Positions 1 through 11,407 of a DNA stretch of 64,000 bases are shown in pieces. The stretch spans positions 65,889 to 129,888 of the forward strand of contig JACQQV010000048.1 in assembly GCA_016206785.1 (NCBI GenBank), written 5' to 3'. The position numbers and the translations under genes were made by a program. Below the pieces are notes generated by a model, which saw nothing but the letters and a program-made list of their open reading frames with translations, was not told where the DNA came from and did not search any database. The DNA comes from Candidatus Omnitrophota bacterium (GTDB lineage: Bacteria > Omnitrophota > Gorgyraeia > JACQQV01). Positions within the stretch are counted from its first letter, which is position 1; every line of letters begins with the position of its first letter.

Positions 1-2
1 TC

Positions 3-248
3 AAGGAAGTCAAAGAACTGGTCGATGAAGGAAAGATCGCCGCCTTTCACCTCGACGGAAAGTATCTCCGTTTTAGGAGGGAAGATCTCGCCTATTTTCA
101 GAGTTCTTCCCCCAGGAGTCAAAGGGAGGAGCCGCTTGAAGTTTACACCTTCCGGGACGGTTTTCATGACTTCTTTTATTTTAACGACTTCTACCTTCTG
201 TCTCTCCTCGTTGTTTTTGCGATTCTCTGGTGGCTCCTCAGAGGATAA
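3..248 (+). CDS. 5'-truncated CDS; C-terminal fragment of an HTH (excisionase/MerR-like HTH_17-type) domain protein with a terminal hydrophobic segment
   Basis: Frame 3 is open from the window edge to TAA at 246-248. Translation ...KEVKELVDEGKIAAFHLDGKYLRFRREDLAYF resembles HTH_17/excisionase motifs; a hydrophobic tail follows. No start codon lies in the window. Confidence 0.4.
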   Translation, partial: KEVKELVDEGKIAAFHLDGKYLRFRREDLAYFQSSSPRSQREEPLEVYTFRDGFHDFFYFNDFYLLSLLVVFAILWWLLRG

Positions 249-358
249 AATTGTTCTTTTGACAATTGAACAGTTGTTTCATATTTATAGAGGTTCTCCC
301 CTTGTTTTTTCGTTCTCCAGATGGCATACTTGAACAGGTACCCGATAAAGGAGCACGT

Positions 359-889
359 ATGGGGGAGAACAAATTAGAGATTCGATCTCTCACGGGATTC
401 ACCCTCGTTGAGATCATGACGGTTCTTACCATCGTGGGGCTTCTTGCCGCGATGGCGATTCCGAACCTTCTCCGAGCTCGCCTCAATACCAATGAGGTGG
501 CTGCCCAGGCCGCGCTACGCACCCTCTCTTCTGCCATGACCGCCTACCGGACCGTGAACCCCACTTATCCTTCCAACCTTCAGCAACTCGGTCCGACCTC
601 TGGGGGAGGTGAAGCGCTCTCTTACATCGACGATACGCTCGCCCAAGGAGCGAAGTTTGGCTACAATTTCGTGATCGAATCCTCCGATGCCTATACCTAC
701 GTTGTTCGTGCGGCACCACAGACTTCAGGTGTTACAGGGAATCGGGTGTTCACCATGGCGCATGACGGGTCGATCCAGCTGGCACAAACAGATACAACAA
801 ATGCGACGATTGTCGGCAGTCCGGGTGACTCCGAAGGGTTGACCTCAGACCCCCAAGGTCGCATCGGTTCTTCTGTCTCTCCCGAGTGA
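359..889 (+). CDS. type IV pilin/pseudopilin-like protein (prepilin-type N-terminal cleavage/methylation domain)
   Basis: N-terminus MGENKLEIRSLTG/FTLVEIMTVLTIVGLLAAMAIP has the G|FTLVE class-III signal motif with Glu+5 and a hydrophobic helix; the longer ORF from 266 has an implausible N-extension. Confidence 0.75.
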   Translation: MGENKLEIRSLTGFTLVEIMTVLTIVGLLAAMAIPNLLRARLNTNEVAAQAALRTLSSAMTAYRTVNPTYPSNLQQLGPTSGGGEALSYIDDTLAQGAKFGYNFVIESSDAYTYVVRAAPQTSGVTGNRVFTMAHDGSIQLAQTDTTNATIVGSPGDSEGLTSDPQGRIGSSVSPE

Positions 890-935
890 TGTCCCAACCC
901 GCGCAACAAACGGCCAGCTTTCCTACAAAACCTTC

Positions 936-964
936 TTGATTTTTCCTTAAAAATTTAGTATAAT
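936..964 (+). promoter_or_regulatory. sigma70-type promoter TTGATT-17-TATAAT upstream of the TPR lipoprotein gene
   Basis: TTGATT at 936-941, 17-nt spacer, TATAAT at 959-964; ATG at 1001 preceded by GGAGAG. Confidence 0.5.
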
Positions 965-1000
965 ACGAATAAATTCAAGTAATTAGAACAGGAGAGAATC

Positions 1001-3979
1001 ATGTTCAAGCGCAAGGGGCCACTTTTGTTCGTATGCCTCTTCATCCTTGGGGCCATTTCTTCGGCAGAAGCTGCGGTCAAGGATGAAGCGATACGATTCC
1101 GAATCCAGGGGTATCAAATCCAGCACAAGGGGGATCTCGACAAAGCCGCTCAAAAATATAAGCAGGCGATCGAGGTCGATTCGAATTATGCAGCGCCGCA
1201 CAATGATCTCGGCATTATCTATGAAGAAAAGGGGTGGCATGATCAGGCGGAGAAAGAATACCTTGAGGCGCTTAAGATCGACCCCAATTATGTAGATGCC
1301 TATTCGAATCTTGTGATCCTCTACGAGAAGATGCACCAAAAAGAGAAGATGCTGGAAGCCCTCCAGAAAAGAGTTTCGTTGGGAGACCCGGATGATGTCG
1401 GCACTCAAGAGGCCCGCGCCAAACTGGAGTCTTTGGGGATGATTGTAGAAGTAAAGCCACCCGCTCCTATGCTTCCTCCTCCTCCAAAGAAAGTCACTCT
1501 CCGAGAACCTCCCCCCCCCAAAAAGGTTTCCCCTCCCGAGAAAGAAAAGATAAAAGAAAAGAAAATTTCTGCCAGGGAAGTGGTTAAAGCCGAGCCCAAA
1601 GTGGAACCGAAGGTCAAGAAAGTGGAACCGAAGAAAAAAGGAAAAGAAGAGGAACTCTTTGAACGGGAAGTAGACCCGATCGAAGAGGCGACACTTCTCC
1701 GGAACGAAGGGCTCAAACGCCAACTGAGAGGAGATCTGGATAGTTCGCTCCGTTTTTACCGAACCGCGATTAAGGTATATCCCTCCTTTGCAACGGCGTA
1801 TAACGACCTCGGGGTCATTCTCGAAAAGAAAGGATTTCTAGAGGGGGCCGAGGCCAAGTACCTCAAGGCCCTTTCTTTGGATCCGGAGTATAGCCAGGCC
1901 CTCTACAACGTTGCTTTTCTTTATGTGAAGATGGGAAAATCCCAGGATGCGATCGGGTATCTCGAGAAAGTCGTCTTACAGGGAGGCCTTGCGGAGGAGT
2001 GGGTCAAGATTGCCCGTAACCAACTGAGGGTGTTACGGGGGGAGGGAAGGGAGAAAGAGACCCCCCGGAAGGAGGGACGGAAAGACTTAGGACTCTTTGG
2101 GGAGGAAAGGGAGCAGACGGAAGCGGCCCTTCGTCGAAAAATTATGGATGAACTGAAGCATGAAGTCTCTCAGCAGGAAAAACTGATCTCCCTTTTTGAA
2201 CAGGGAAAGGCCGCCTACCGGAAAGGGGAGTATGAAACCGCGCAAGACTTTTTTGAAACAATGCTCCTCATCGATCCCAAGAACCCTCTTGCGAAATCGT
2301 ATTTAGAAAAGACGCTCAAAGCGATTCAAGAGGCCAGACGAAAAGAGGAAGAAGCACGACGCCGCGAGGAAGAACGCACATACCGTTTGGCTCAACAAGC
2401 AAAGTGGAAGAAGGATCTCAAGGCAAAGAAAAAGGAAACCCTTACGCTGAGGCTCACAAGGCTAAAAGAGGAAATCGAGAACAGAAAGGTAGCCAAAGAA
2501 AAGGAGCGGCTCGCCCGCGAAGCGGAAGAAAAGGCATTGGCCGAGAAGAAAAAGACCGAGCAGGAAGCCCTTTATGAAGAAGCGAAAAAATCCTACCGAG
2601 AAGGGGAACTCCAAAAGTCCTTACTCCATTTTGAGACACTCATTACCTCTTCCCCCGACCACCCTTACGCCAAGCGGTACGTGACTAAAATTCATGAGAA
2701 ACTCAAGGAACAGGAAGAAGAGTTAAAGATCAAAAAAGAACAAGAAAATGCCAAGGCGGAAGCGGCAAGACAGGCTGAGCTCATGCGGAAGCAGAAAGTG
2801 GCGGCCCACTTGGGCGAAGGGGAGAGGTTCCTTAAAAAGAAGAACTTTAAAAATGCCGTTTTGGAGTTCAAGGCGGTGATTCATCTTGAGCCAGGGCACG
2901 AGAAAGCAGAGCGGCTCCTGAGAAAGGCTGAAGAGGGTTTCGAAAAAGAGCATCAAAAGAAGCTCTTCGCCAAAGAAAAGAAGAAGGAGGATCTCCTTCG
3001 CGCCTCGGACGAGAGACTGAAAAGACGTGCTCAAGATTATTATGAAGAAGGTCTCCGTGTCGGGCGGAGAGGAGAAACCGCCAAAGCGATCTACGCATAC
3101 GAAAAAGCGCTCCGTCTCAATCCTTCCCATGACAAAGCGAGAAAACAGCTTACCTCTTTAAGAGAAAGAGAGACGGAGGAAGAAGAGAAAAGTTGGCGCG
3201 TCGAGGAGGCCAGAAAGACACCTCAGAAACCTATCGAGAGCTCTCCCATAGAGGCTGAAACATCGAGACTTTACCGTCGCGCGAAGGCGGCGTATGATGA
3301 GGGTAATTATGAACTCTCCCGTCAGACACTCCAGTATCTTTTGACTCTTAATCCGGAACACCCTTTTGCCCAAGGAGATCTTGAAGAAGTAGAGGAAATG
3401 ATCAGGGAAAAGCGGCACAAAGAGGCACTCGCCAAAGCCTCTCTGAAGAAGGAAGCCGAGAGAGTCATCGAACCTCCCGCTGCCACAGAGGAAGAAACAT
3501 TTTTCCGGGCGGAGCGCGCTCTGCAAGGAACCGAGCCGTTTAAACGCGAGCATCTTCAAGAAGGGTTCGTACGGAGGAGAACCCCAGAAGAGGAAGCCCA
3601 TTTTCTCATGGAACAAAGGGCATTGGACTATCAGCAGAAGGGGTATGAACTTCAGCAGCAACATGACATCGAAGGGGCTATTTCCTATTATCAGAAAGCG
3701 ATGGCGATCCACCCTTCCGCAGGAACGGCAAACAGCCTCGGGATTCTGTATGAGCGAAAGGGCTGGTTTGTCCAGGCAGAGGATTCGTATAAAAAGGCCG
3801 TCTCCTTAGAGCCGGGGTATCTGGCTGCCCATACCAATCTTGCGCTTCTTTATGAGCGGCTGGGTCGAGGAGAAGAAGCGGTCCGGCATTGGAAGGTGCG
3901 CTCAGAGATGGGGGAGGCAGGGGATCTCTGGACTCAGAAGGCACGGACCCACTTGGAGTCGGCTCGGATGGAGCGATGA
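1001..3979 (+). CDS. large TPR-repeat lipoprotein/secreted protein with Pro-rich linker and about 500-aa Glu/Lys/Arg-rich coiled-coil region
   Basis: Signal peptide MFKRKGPLLFVCLFILGAISSAEA; TPR-like units at the N- and C-termini (e.g. YSNLVILYEKM, LGILYERKGWFVQAEDSYKKAVSLEPGY); PPPPKK repeats; long charged heptad-like middle. Confidence 0.8.
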   Translation: MFKRKGPLLFVCLFILGAISSAEAAVKDEAIRFRIQGYQIQHKGDLDKAAQKYKQAIEVDSNYAAPHNDLGIIYEEKGWHDQAEKEYLEALKIDPNYVDAYSNLVILYEKMHQKEKMLEALQKRVSLGDPDDVGTQEARAKLESLGMIVEVKPPAPMLPPPPKKVTLREPPPPKKVSPPEKEKIKEKKISAREVVKAEPKVEPKVKKVEPKKKGKEEELFEREVDPIEEATLLRNEGLKRQLRGDLDSSLRFYRTAIKVYPSFATAYNDLGVILEKKGFLEGAEAKYLKALSLDPEYSQALYNVAFLYVKMGKSQDAIGYLEKVVLQGGLAEEWVKIARNQLRVLRGEGREKETPRKEGRKDLGLFGEEREQTEAALRRKIMDELKHEVSQQEKLISLFEQGKAAYRKGEYETAQDFFETMLLIDPKNPLAKSYLEKTLKAIQEARRKEEEARRREEERTYRLAQQAKWKKDLKAKKKETLTLRLTRLKEEIENRKVAKEKERLAREAEEKALAEKKKTEQEALYEEAKKSYREGELQKSLLHFETLITSSPDHPYAKRYVTKIHEKLKEQEEELKIKKEQENAKAEAARQAELMRKQKVAAHLGEGERFLKKKNFKNAVLEFKAVIHLEPGHEKAERLLRKAEEGFEKEHQKKLFAKEKKKEDLLRASDERLKRRAQDYYEEGLRVGRRGETAKAIYAYEKALRLNPSHDKARKQLTSLRERETEEEEKSWRVEEARKTPQKPIESSPIEAETSRLYRRAKAAYDEGNYELSRQTLQYLLTLNPEHPFAQGDLEEVEEMIREKRHKEALAKASLKKEAERVIEPPAATEEETFFRAERALQGTEPFKREHLQEGFVRRRTPEEEAHFLMEQRALDYQQKGYELQQQHDIEGAISYYQKAMAIHPSAGTANSLGILYERKGWFVQAEDSYKKAVSLEPGYLAAHTNLALLYERLGRGEEAVRHWKVRSEMGEAGDLWTQKARTHLESARMER

Positions 3980-4004
3980 TCCTCCCGACGGGGTAAAAAG
4001 TCCT

Positions 4005-4032
4005 TGACAAAGAAGATCCTTTCCCTTATACT
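4005..4032 (+). promoter_or_regulatory. sigma70-type promoter TTGACA-16-TATACT upstream of polA
   Basis: TTGACA 4005-4010, TATACT 4027-4032; about 95-nt A/C-rich leader before polA ATG. Confidence 0.5.
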
Positions 4033-4128
4033 GAACACACTTCAAACCATTACCCAATACATTACCAAAAAACGTCAGGTCCCACGCTCTTAACATTCAT
4101 GCACTAACCTACTCACGCTCAATCCCAG

Positions 4129-6783
4129 ATGAAAAAAGAGAGGGCATTCCTTATCGACGGTAACTCTTTCTGTTACCGCGCCTTTTATGCCATCCGATCC
4201 CTTTCCACCAGTACCGGAAGACCGACCAATGCCATCTACGGCTTTATCAGTATGCTCCAGAAGTTGGTCGCCGAGGAGACGCCTGAGTATCTGGCCGCTT
4301 CCTTTGACCTGAAGGGGGAGACCTTCCGGAAGAAGCGGTATGAGGCGTACAAGATCCATCGCAAGCCGATGCCGGAGGAACTGGTGGAGCAAATCCCGAC
4401 GATCAAGACCCTCTTGGGTCTTTACCGGATCCCGATTTTCGAAAAAGAAGGGTACGAAGCGGATGACCTTTTGGCGACCGTTTCCAAAAAGCTTTCCGAG
4501 GAGGGTCTTACGGTCTACATCGTGACCGGTGACAAAGACATCCTCCAATTGGTGAGCGACGATATCTTTGTCTACAACACCCATCAAGAGGGGCTCATTT
4601 ACGATGAGAAGAAGGTGAAGGAGCGTTACGGCGTTCAGCCGGAAAGGATGGTCGACCTCATCGGCCTGTGTGGAGACCAGAGTGACAATATCCCGGGGGT
4701 GCCGGGGATTGGCGAAAAAACGGCTGTTGAACTTCTTCAGAAATTTGGAACGCTGGAGAAGGTTCTTTCAAGCGCCGATCGTATGGACAACGCTACCCGT
4801 CGGAAGAATCTTAAGGAGTATGCATCGCAGGCGAGACTTTCGAAGGAACTGGCAAAGGTGGACCGGGACGTTCCGGTTGAATTTTCGCTGGAAACACTCC
4901 GTCTTCAGTCGCCGGATCGGGAAGGACTGTATGCCCTGTTTAAGGAACTTGAATTTCGATCCCTCGTTTCACAATTCGCGCCCCGGCAGGAGGCGAACGT
5001 CCACTACAGGCTGATTCAAACAGAAGAGGCATTTGAACATTTTCAGAGGAAACTCACCGGCGTGAAACGCTTTGCCTTTGATTTTGAGACAACCTCAGAA
5101 GATGCCTTCATTGCAGAACCGGTCGGAGTCTCCTTTTCATGGGCGGTCGGGGAGGCCTTTTACCTCTCTTTTGGCAAAAGGGGCCTTGAGGCCTCCAAAG
5201 TCCTCAAAAGGTTGCAGGGTCTTTTTGAAGACACCTCCGTTGAGAAGGTCGGCCAGAATATCAAATACGAAATGATTCTTCTTGCAAGAAATGGAATCCA
5301 CCTTCAAGGCGTTTTCTTCGATACGATGATCGCTTCTTATCTTTTGAATCCTTCCAAACCGAATCACAATCTGGGGGAGATCGCCCTGGAATACCTCGAT
5401 CTCAAAAAGACCCCCATTACAGAACTGATCGGCAAGGGGGTCTCTCAAAAATCAATGGCAGAGGTTCCGCTGACGCAACTGGTTCAGTATGCCTGCGAAG
5501 ACAGCGACGTCACCTTTCGCTTAAGCCGCCTTTTGGAAAAGAAGCTTCGTGAAAAGGATCTGGAAGGACTTTTCGAGAAGGTGGAACTCCCCCTCGTGGA
5601 CGTCCTCGCCTCGATGGAGCAGGCCGGCATCTCCATCGATGCACCGTATCTGAAGAGTCTTTCGGAGGAGATGGGAAAGAAACTGAAGAAACTCACCCAA
5701 CAGATCCATGGCATGGCCGACTGCGAATTTAACCTGAATAGTCCCAAGCAACTTCGGGAGATTCTCTTCAAGAAACTCAAGCTGCCGATTCTTAAGCGGA
5801 CGAAGACCGGGCCCTCCACCGACGCTTGGGTTTTGGAAAACCTTGCCCCGATTCATCCCCTTCCCCAAACGATGGTCCAATACCGTGAGCTTTCCAAATT
5901 GAAATCGACCTACGTCGACACCCTTCCGGAACTTGTCAACCCAAAGACCCACAAGGTCCATACTTCTTTCAACCAGACCGTGACCGCAACCGGCCGACTT
6001 TCCTCGAGCGACCCCAATCTCCAGAATATCCCGATCCGCACCGAAGAGGGGAAGAGAATCCGGAAGGCCTTTGTCCCTCGTCAAAAGGGATGGATCCTCG
6101 TCTCTTTTGATTATTCTCAGATTGAGCTACGGGTCCTCACCCATCTTTCAAAGGATGAGACGCTTCGAGAGGCGTTTCGAAAGGGGGAAGACATTCATCG
6201 CCTCACCGCCAGCCTCATCTATGGGGTCGAGGAAGACGAGGTGGATGAGGCGATGCGGGATACCGCCAAAACGGTCAATTTCGGAATTATCTACGGGATG
6301 AGTGCATTCGGTCTTTCCCGGGACCTCGGCATTGATGTCACTCAGGCGAGGGCCTTTATCGATGCTTATTTTGAGCGGTATCCCAAGGTAAAAAGTTATA
6401 TCGAACGTCAGATTGAGACGGCGAAGGCAGTCGGATATGTTTCCACCCTTTTTAATCGTCGGAGGACTCTTTCTGAAATCAGAAGCAAAAACTTAAGCGA
6501 GCGTCAGTTTGGGGAACGGATTGCTGTGAATGCTCCGATTCAGGGAACGGCAAGCGATCTCATCAAAATCGCGATGATCGCGATTCACAGGGAACTCAAG
6601 AAACAGGGCGCCAAAACCCAGATGGTGGTCCAGGTGCACGATGAGCTCCTCTTTGATATGCCGGAAGAAGAGGATAAAGAGTTTACGCCAATGATCGTGG
6701 AGAAGATGGAGCAGGTTACTAAACTTTCTGTACCGATCAAGGTCACCGTCAAGCGAGGTAAAAATTGGCTCGAGATGACATAA
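4129..6783 (+). CDS. polA: DNA polymerase I
   Basis: 884 aa; N-terminal 5'-3' exonuclease motif (MKKERAFLIDGNSFCYRAFYA), central 3'-5' exo region and C-terminal family-A polymerase motifs (RRTAKTVNFGIIYG, VHDELLF). Confidence 0.95.
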   Translation: MKKERAFLIDGNSFCYRAFYAIRSLSTSTGRPTNAIYGFISMLQKLVAEETPEYLAASFDLKGETFRKKRYEAYKIHRKPMPEELVEQIPTIKTLLGLYRIPIFEKEGYEADDLLATVSKKLSEEGLTVYIVTGDKDILQLVSDDIFVYNTHQEGLIYDEKKVKERYGVQPERMVDLIGLCGDQSDNIPGVPGIGEKTAVELLQKFGTLEKVLSSADRMDNATRRKNLKEYASQARLSKELAKVDRDVPVEFSLETLRLQSPDREGLYALFKELEFRSLVSQFAPRQEANVHYRLIQTEEAFEHFQRKLTGVKRFAFDFETTSEDAFIAEPVGVSFSWAVGEAFYLSFGKRGLEASKVLKRLQGLFEDTSVEKVGQNIKYEMILLARNGIHLQGVFFDTMIASYLLNPSKPNHNLGEIALEYLDLKKTPITELIGKGVSQKSMAEVPLTQLVQYACEDSDVTFRLSRLLEKKLREKDLEGLFEKVELPLVDVLASMEQAGISIDAPYLKSLSEEMGKKLKKLTQQIHGMADCEFNLNSPKQLREILFKKLKLPILKRTKTGPSTDAWVLENLAPIHPLPQTMVQYRELSKLKSTYVDTLPELVNPKTHKVHTSFNQTVTATGRLSSSDPNLQNIPIRTEEGKRIRKAFVPRQKGWILVSFDYSQIELRVLTHLSKDETLREAFRKGEDIHRLTASLIYGVEEDEVDEAMRDTAKTVNFGIIYGMSAFGLSRDLGIDVTQARAFIDAYFERYPKVKSYIERQIETAKAVGYVSTLFNRRRTLSEIRSKNLSERQFGERIAVNAPIQGTASDLIKIAMIAIHRELKKQGAKTQMVVQVHDELLFDMPEEEDKEFTPMIVEKMEQVTKLSVPIKVTVKRGKNWLEMT

Positions 6784-8153
6784 CGGTATTGTTTTTATCC
6801 AGTGAGGTAGACCCTTTCGCCAAAACGGGTGGACTGGCGGATGTTTCTGGAAGCCTCCCCCTTGCCTTGGAAGGGAAGGGGGTTCAGATGCATCTTGCGA
6901 TGCCGAAGTACCGCCCCCTCCTTTCGAGTGGCAATGAAGCAAGAATCGGGAAAGGCATCAAGGTCTATTTTGTTGAAAATCATGGTTACTACAACCGACC
7001 CGGACTCTACGGAGAGAAAGGAAAGGATTATCCGGATAACCTCGAGCGGTTTTCTTTTTTTTGCAGAAGGAGCCTTGAACTTCTCAAAGAAAAGGGTCTT
7101 CGCGTCGATCTCATTCACTGTAACGACTGGCAGACAGCCCTTGTGCCGGTGTATCTCAAGAGCCTTTTCCGGGACGACCCCGTTTTAAAGGGAATCAAGA
7201 CACTCTTTACAATCCACAATTTAGGATATCAAGGGGTCTTTCCTCAGGAAGCATTTGAAAAAACAGGCCTTGACCGTTCCTATTTTCAGATAGAGGGTCT
7301 TGAATTTTATGGAAAGGTGAATGTGCTCAAGGGGGGGCTCCTTTTTGCCGATCTTCTCACCACCGTAAGCCCCACCTATAGTCGGGAGATCCAAACCCCT
7401 GAATTCGGATATGGTCTCGAGGGGGTTCTTTCCAAAAGGGAAGAGGATCTTTTTGGCATCACCAACGGGATCAATGAAGATCTTTATGATCCGGCGACCG
7501 ATGAAAAAATAAAAAAGAACTATACCTCCGAGACTCCCGAAGGCAAGGCTGAGAATAAGAAGGATTTACAAAGCCTTTGCGGTTTGGCGGTCAAGAAGGA
7601 GATGCCGCTCATCGGCTTGATCAGCCGTCTTGCGGACCAGAAGGGATTCGACCTCTTTGTCCCGGCTGCGGAGAGTCTCTTAAAAAGCGGCTTTCAGATC
7701 GTGATTCTCGGGACAGGAGATGAGAAATACGAAACGCTCTTGCGCAAACTGGGCCAAGCGCATCCAGAAAGTCTTTCGGTTCACCTCACGTTCAATCCTG
7801 TTCTCGCCCAAAAAATTTATGCAGGGAGCGATTTTTTCCTGATGCCCTCCCGTTACGAACCGTGCGGGTTGGGGCAGATGATTTCCCTCCGGTACGGGAC
7901 GATTCCAATCGTGCGCAGGACCGGAGGACTTGCGGATACGATCCAAGATGCGGATGCGCCGGGCGGGAACGGATTTGTCTTCTCTGAATACCGACCGGAG
8001 GATCTTCTTGGGTGCGCGTTGCGGGCTCGAAAGGCCTACAAAGACAAAAAAAGGTGGGGTACTCTGGTTCGTGGGGCCATGACTTCTGATTTTTCCTGGG
8101 ACGCTTCCGCGGGGAAGTATCTCGATCTGTACCGCCGGGTATTGGCGCGATGA
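6765..8153 (+). CDS. glgA: glycogen synthase (ADP-glucose type)
   Basis: N-terminal SSEVDPFAKTGGLADV motif of GT5 glycogen synthases; overlaps polA stop by 19 nt. Confidence 0.9.
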   Translation: MARDDITVLFLSSEVDPFAKTGGLADVSGSLPLALEGKGVQMHLAMPKYRPLLSSGNEARIGKGIKVYFVENHGYYNRPGLYGEKGKDYPDNLERFSFFCRRSLELLKEKGLRVDLIHCNDWQTALVPVYLKSLFRDDPVLKGIKTLFTIHNLGYQGVFPQEAFEKTGLDRSYFQIEGLEFYGKVNVLKGGLLFADLLTTVSPTYSREIQTPEFGYGLEGVLSKREEDLFGITNGINEDLYDPATDEKIKKNYTSETPEGKAENKKDLQSLCGLAVKKEMPLIGLISRLADQKGFDLFVPAAESLLKSGFQIVILGTGDEKYETLLRKLGQAHPESLSVHLTFNPVLAQKIYAGSDFFLMPSRYEPCGLGQMISLRYGTIPIVRRTGGLADTIQDADAPGGNGFVFSEYRPEDLLGCALRARKAYKDKKRWGTLVRGAMTSDFSWDASAGKYLDLYRRVLAR

Positions 8154-8779
8154 CGACAGTGGCTGTGACCGGTTCGGTCGGGACAGGGAAGTCAACCGTC
8201 TCGAGGATGTTTGAGCGCCTCGGCGCCCAAAGGATCAATGCGGACGCCTTGGCCCGCGAGGCGATCGAGAAGGATAGGCCTCCTTATCGCAGGGTGGTTC
8301 GGTACTTCGGAAAGACGATTCTCCGGAAAGGTGGGTCGATTGACCGTGGACATCTTGCACAGATTGTTTTCAAAAACGAAAAAAAATTAAAAGTCTTGAA
8401 CTGTTTGGTTCATCCTTACGTCCTTCGACGGATGAAGGAGGAGATCCGACGCATCAGACGGAAAAAGCGGGGGGCTTACATCGTGGTAGAAGTTCCCCTG
8501 CTTCACGAAAAACGTTTAGAAAAAATGTTTGACCAAGTACTTACCGTTTCATGCCGAAGGCCCATTCAGCGGAAGCGGTGGTTGAAGCGGGGAGGCTCTT
8601 TAAAGGAGCTTCGTGGAAGACTGGCGGCACAACTTCCGCTTTCCTATAAGGGAAGTCACTCGGACTTCATCATCGATAATAACGGAAGCGTTCGAGAAAC
8701 CAAAGCACAGGTGGTTGCCTTTTGGAAGACCCTGGCCCCTCCATCGCGACGGCCAGGACGGGCGAGCCGCCTCGATTAA
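8150..8779 (+). CDS. coaE: dephospho-CoA kinase
   Basis: [15 protein letters not shown]-loop and CoaE-like length; ATGA overlap with glgA. Confidence 0.85.
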   Translation: MTTVAVTGSVGTGKSTVSRMFERLGAQRINADALAREAIEKDRPPYRRVVRYFGKTILRKGGSIDRGHLAQIVFKNEKKLKVLNCLVHPYVLRRMKEEIRRIRRKKRGAYIVVEVPLLHEKRLEKMFDQVLTVSCRRPIQRKRWLKRGGSLKELRGRLAAQLPLSYKGSHSDFIIDNNGSVRETKAQVVAFWKTLAPPSRRPGRASRLD

Positions 8780-8793
8780 AGAAAGGAACCCAC

Positions 8794-10089
<1,296 letters not shown>

Positions 10090-10103
10090 GTAAGGAGGAT
10101 CCC

Positions 10104-10316
10104 TTGAAAGACAAAATTCATCCTGTGTATCAGGAGACAACCATCACCTGCGCCTGTGGGGAGGTGATTCACACCCGCTCCACCCGGAAGAATATCCGTG
10201 TGGAAATTTGCAGCCGTTGCCATCCCTTCTTTACCGGCAAGCAGAAATTTATCGATACGGCGGGACGCGTCGAGAAATTCATGAGGAAATATAAAAAGGA
10301 AAAGAAAGAGTCGTGA
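10104..10316 (+). CDS. rpmE: 50S ribosomal protein L31
   Basis: [27 protein letters not shown]...[10 protein letters not shown] is a typical L31 zinc-ribbon sequence. Confidence 0.93.
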   Translation: MKDKIHPVYQETTITCACGEVIHTRSTRKNIRVEICSRCHPFFTGKQKFIDTAGRVEKFMRKYKKEKKES

Positions 10317-11407
10317 AAGGACTCAAAGGCCTTGAGGAGAAATTAAGTCGGTACGAAACACTCGAGCGGCTCTTGGCTCAGCCCGACGTCATCGCCGATA
10401 GGGTAAAGTACCAAAAGACGGCACGGGAGCTTGCGACCTTAAGTCCTCTTGTCAAAAAGGTGCGGGAATACCAAAAACTCCTAAGGCAGATCGCGCAAAC
10501 CAGAGAATTTTCCTCGAAACAGAGCGACCCGGAGATGAAAACGCTTGCGGATGAGGAACTAAAAACCCTCGAAGCCCAACGGGCATCCTTGGAAGCATCT
10601 CTTGAAGAGTCCCTCATTGGGGAGGACCCGAGTGGTCATCGAAATGTCATTGTGGAGATCCGCTCCGGTACAGGAGGAGCGGAAGCAAGCCTTTTCGTCG
10701 CTGATATTTTCAGGATGTATCACAAGTATGCCGCCCACCGCGATTGGAAGGTGGAGGTCGTGGACAGTCACCCGACCGAAACAGGGGGATTTAAAGAAAT
10801 CATTTTTTCTGTAGAAGGAGAAGAGGTTTATCAGCGTCTTAAATTTGAAGGGGGAGTCCATCGGGTGCAACGGGTTCCCACAACCGAGGCCTCGGGTCGC
10901 ATTCATACCTCTGCCATCACCGTCGCGATACTCCCGCAAGCCGAGGAAGTGGAGGTGGACCTTAAGCCTTCGGATCTGAGGGTGGATGTCTATCGGTCCT
11001 CAGGAAAAGGGGGCCAAGGGGTCAACACGACCGATTCCGCAGTAAGAATTACGCATCTTCCAACGGGGATCGTCGTCACCTGTCAGGATGAACGGTCTCA
11101 ACTCAAAAATAAACAGAAAGCGCTCAAGGTCCTGCGAGCCCGCCTGTTACAGAAGAGGAACGATGAAGCGGAGGAGAAGATTAGTCAGGAACGTCGTGCA
11201 ATGGTCGGAACAGGAGACAGGAGTGAAAAGATTCGGACGTATAATTTTCCGGACCGGCGCGTGACCGACCACCGGATCGGCCTCACGGTTCACAATCTCG
11301 AGGAGATTTTGGAAGGGGACCTGGATGGACTCATCGAGCCGCTCCTCAAAGAAGAATGGGAGGCGCGGCTGGATCGCTTTAAAGGAGAAGAGGGAAGTGG
11401 AAGTTAA
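10313..11407 (+). CDS. prfA: peptide chain release factor 1
   Basis: GGQ motif ([23 protein letters not shown]) and RF1-type domain order. Confidence 0.93.
   Translation: MKGLKGLEEKLSRYETLERLLAQPDVIADRVKYQKTARELATLSPLVKKVREYQKLLRQIAQTREFSSKQSDPEMKTLADEELKTLEAQRASLEASLEESLIGEDPSGHRNVIVEIRSGTGGAEASLFVADIFRMYHKYAAHRDWKVEVVDSHPTETGGFKEIIFSVEGEEVYQRLKFEGGVHRVQRVPTTEASGRIHTSAITVAILPQAEEVEVDLKPSDLRVDVYRSSGKGGQGVNTTDSAVRITHLPTGIVVTCQDERSQLKNKQKALKVLRARLLQKRNDEAEEKISQERRAMVGTGDRSEKIRTYNFPDRRVTDHRIGLTVHNLEEILEGDLDGLIEPLLKEEWEARLDRFKGEEGSGS

Noticed and set aside
25-537. ORFs 25..333 (+) and 238..537 (-) at the window start
   Set aside because: They overlap the better-supported frame-3 HTH fragment and the pilin gene, and their translations are low-complexity with no motifs.
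983-1723. 246-aa minus-strand ORF
   Set aside because: Antisense to the TPR lipoprotein gene; its F/L-rich translation is the mirror of the K/E-rich sense strand.
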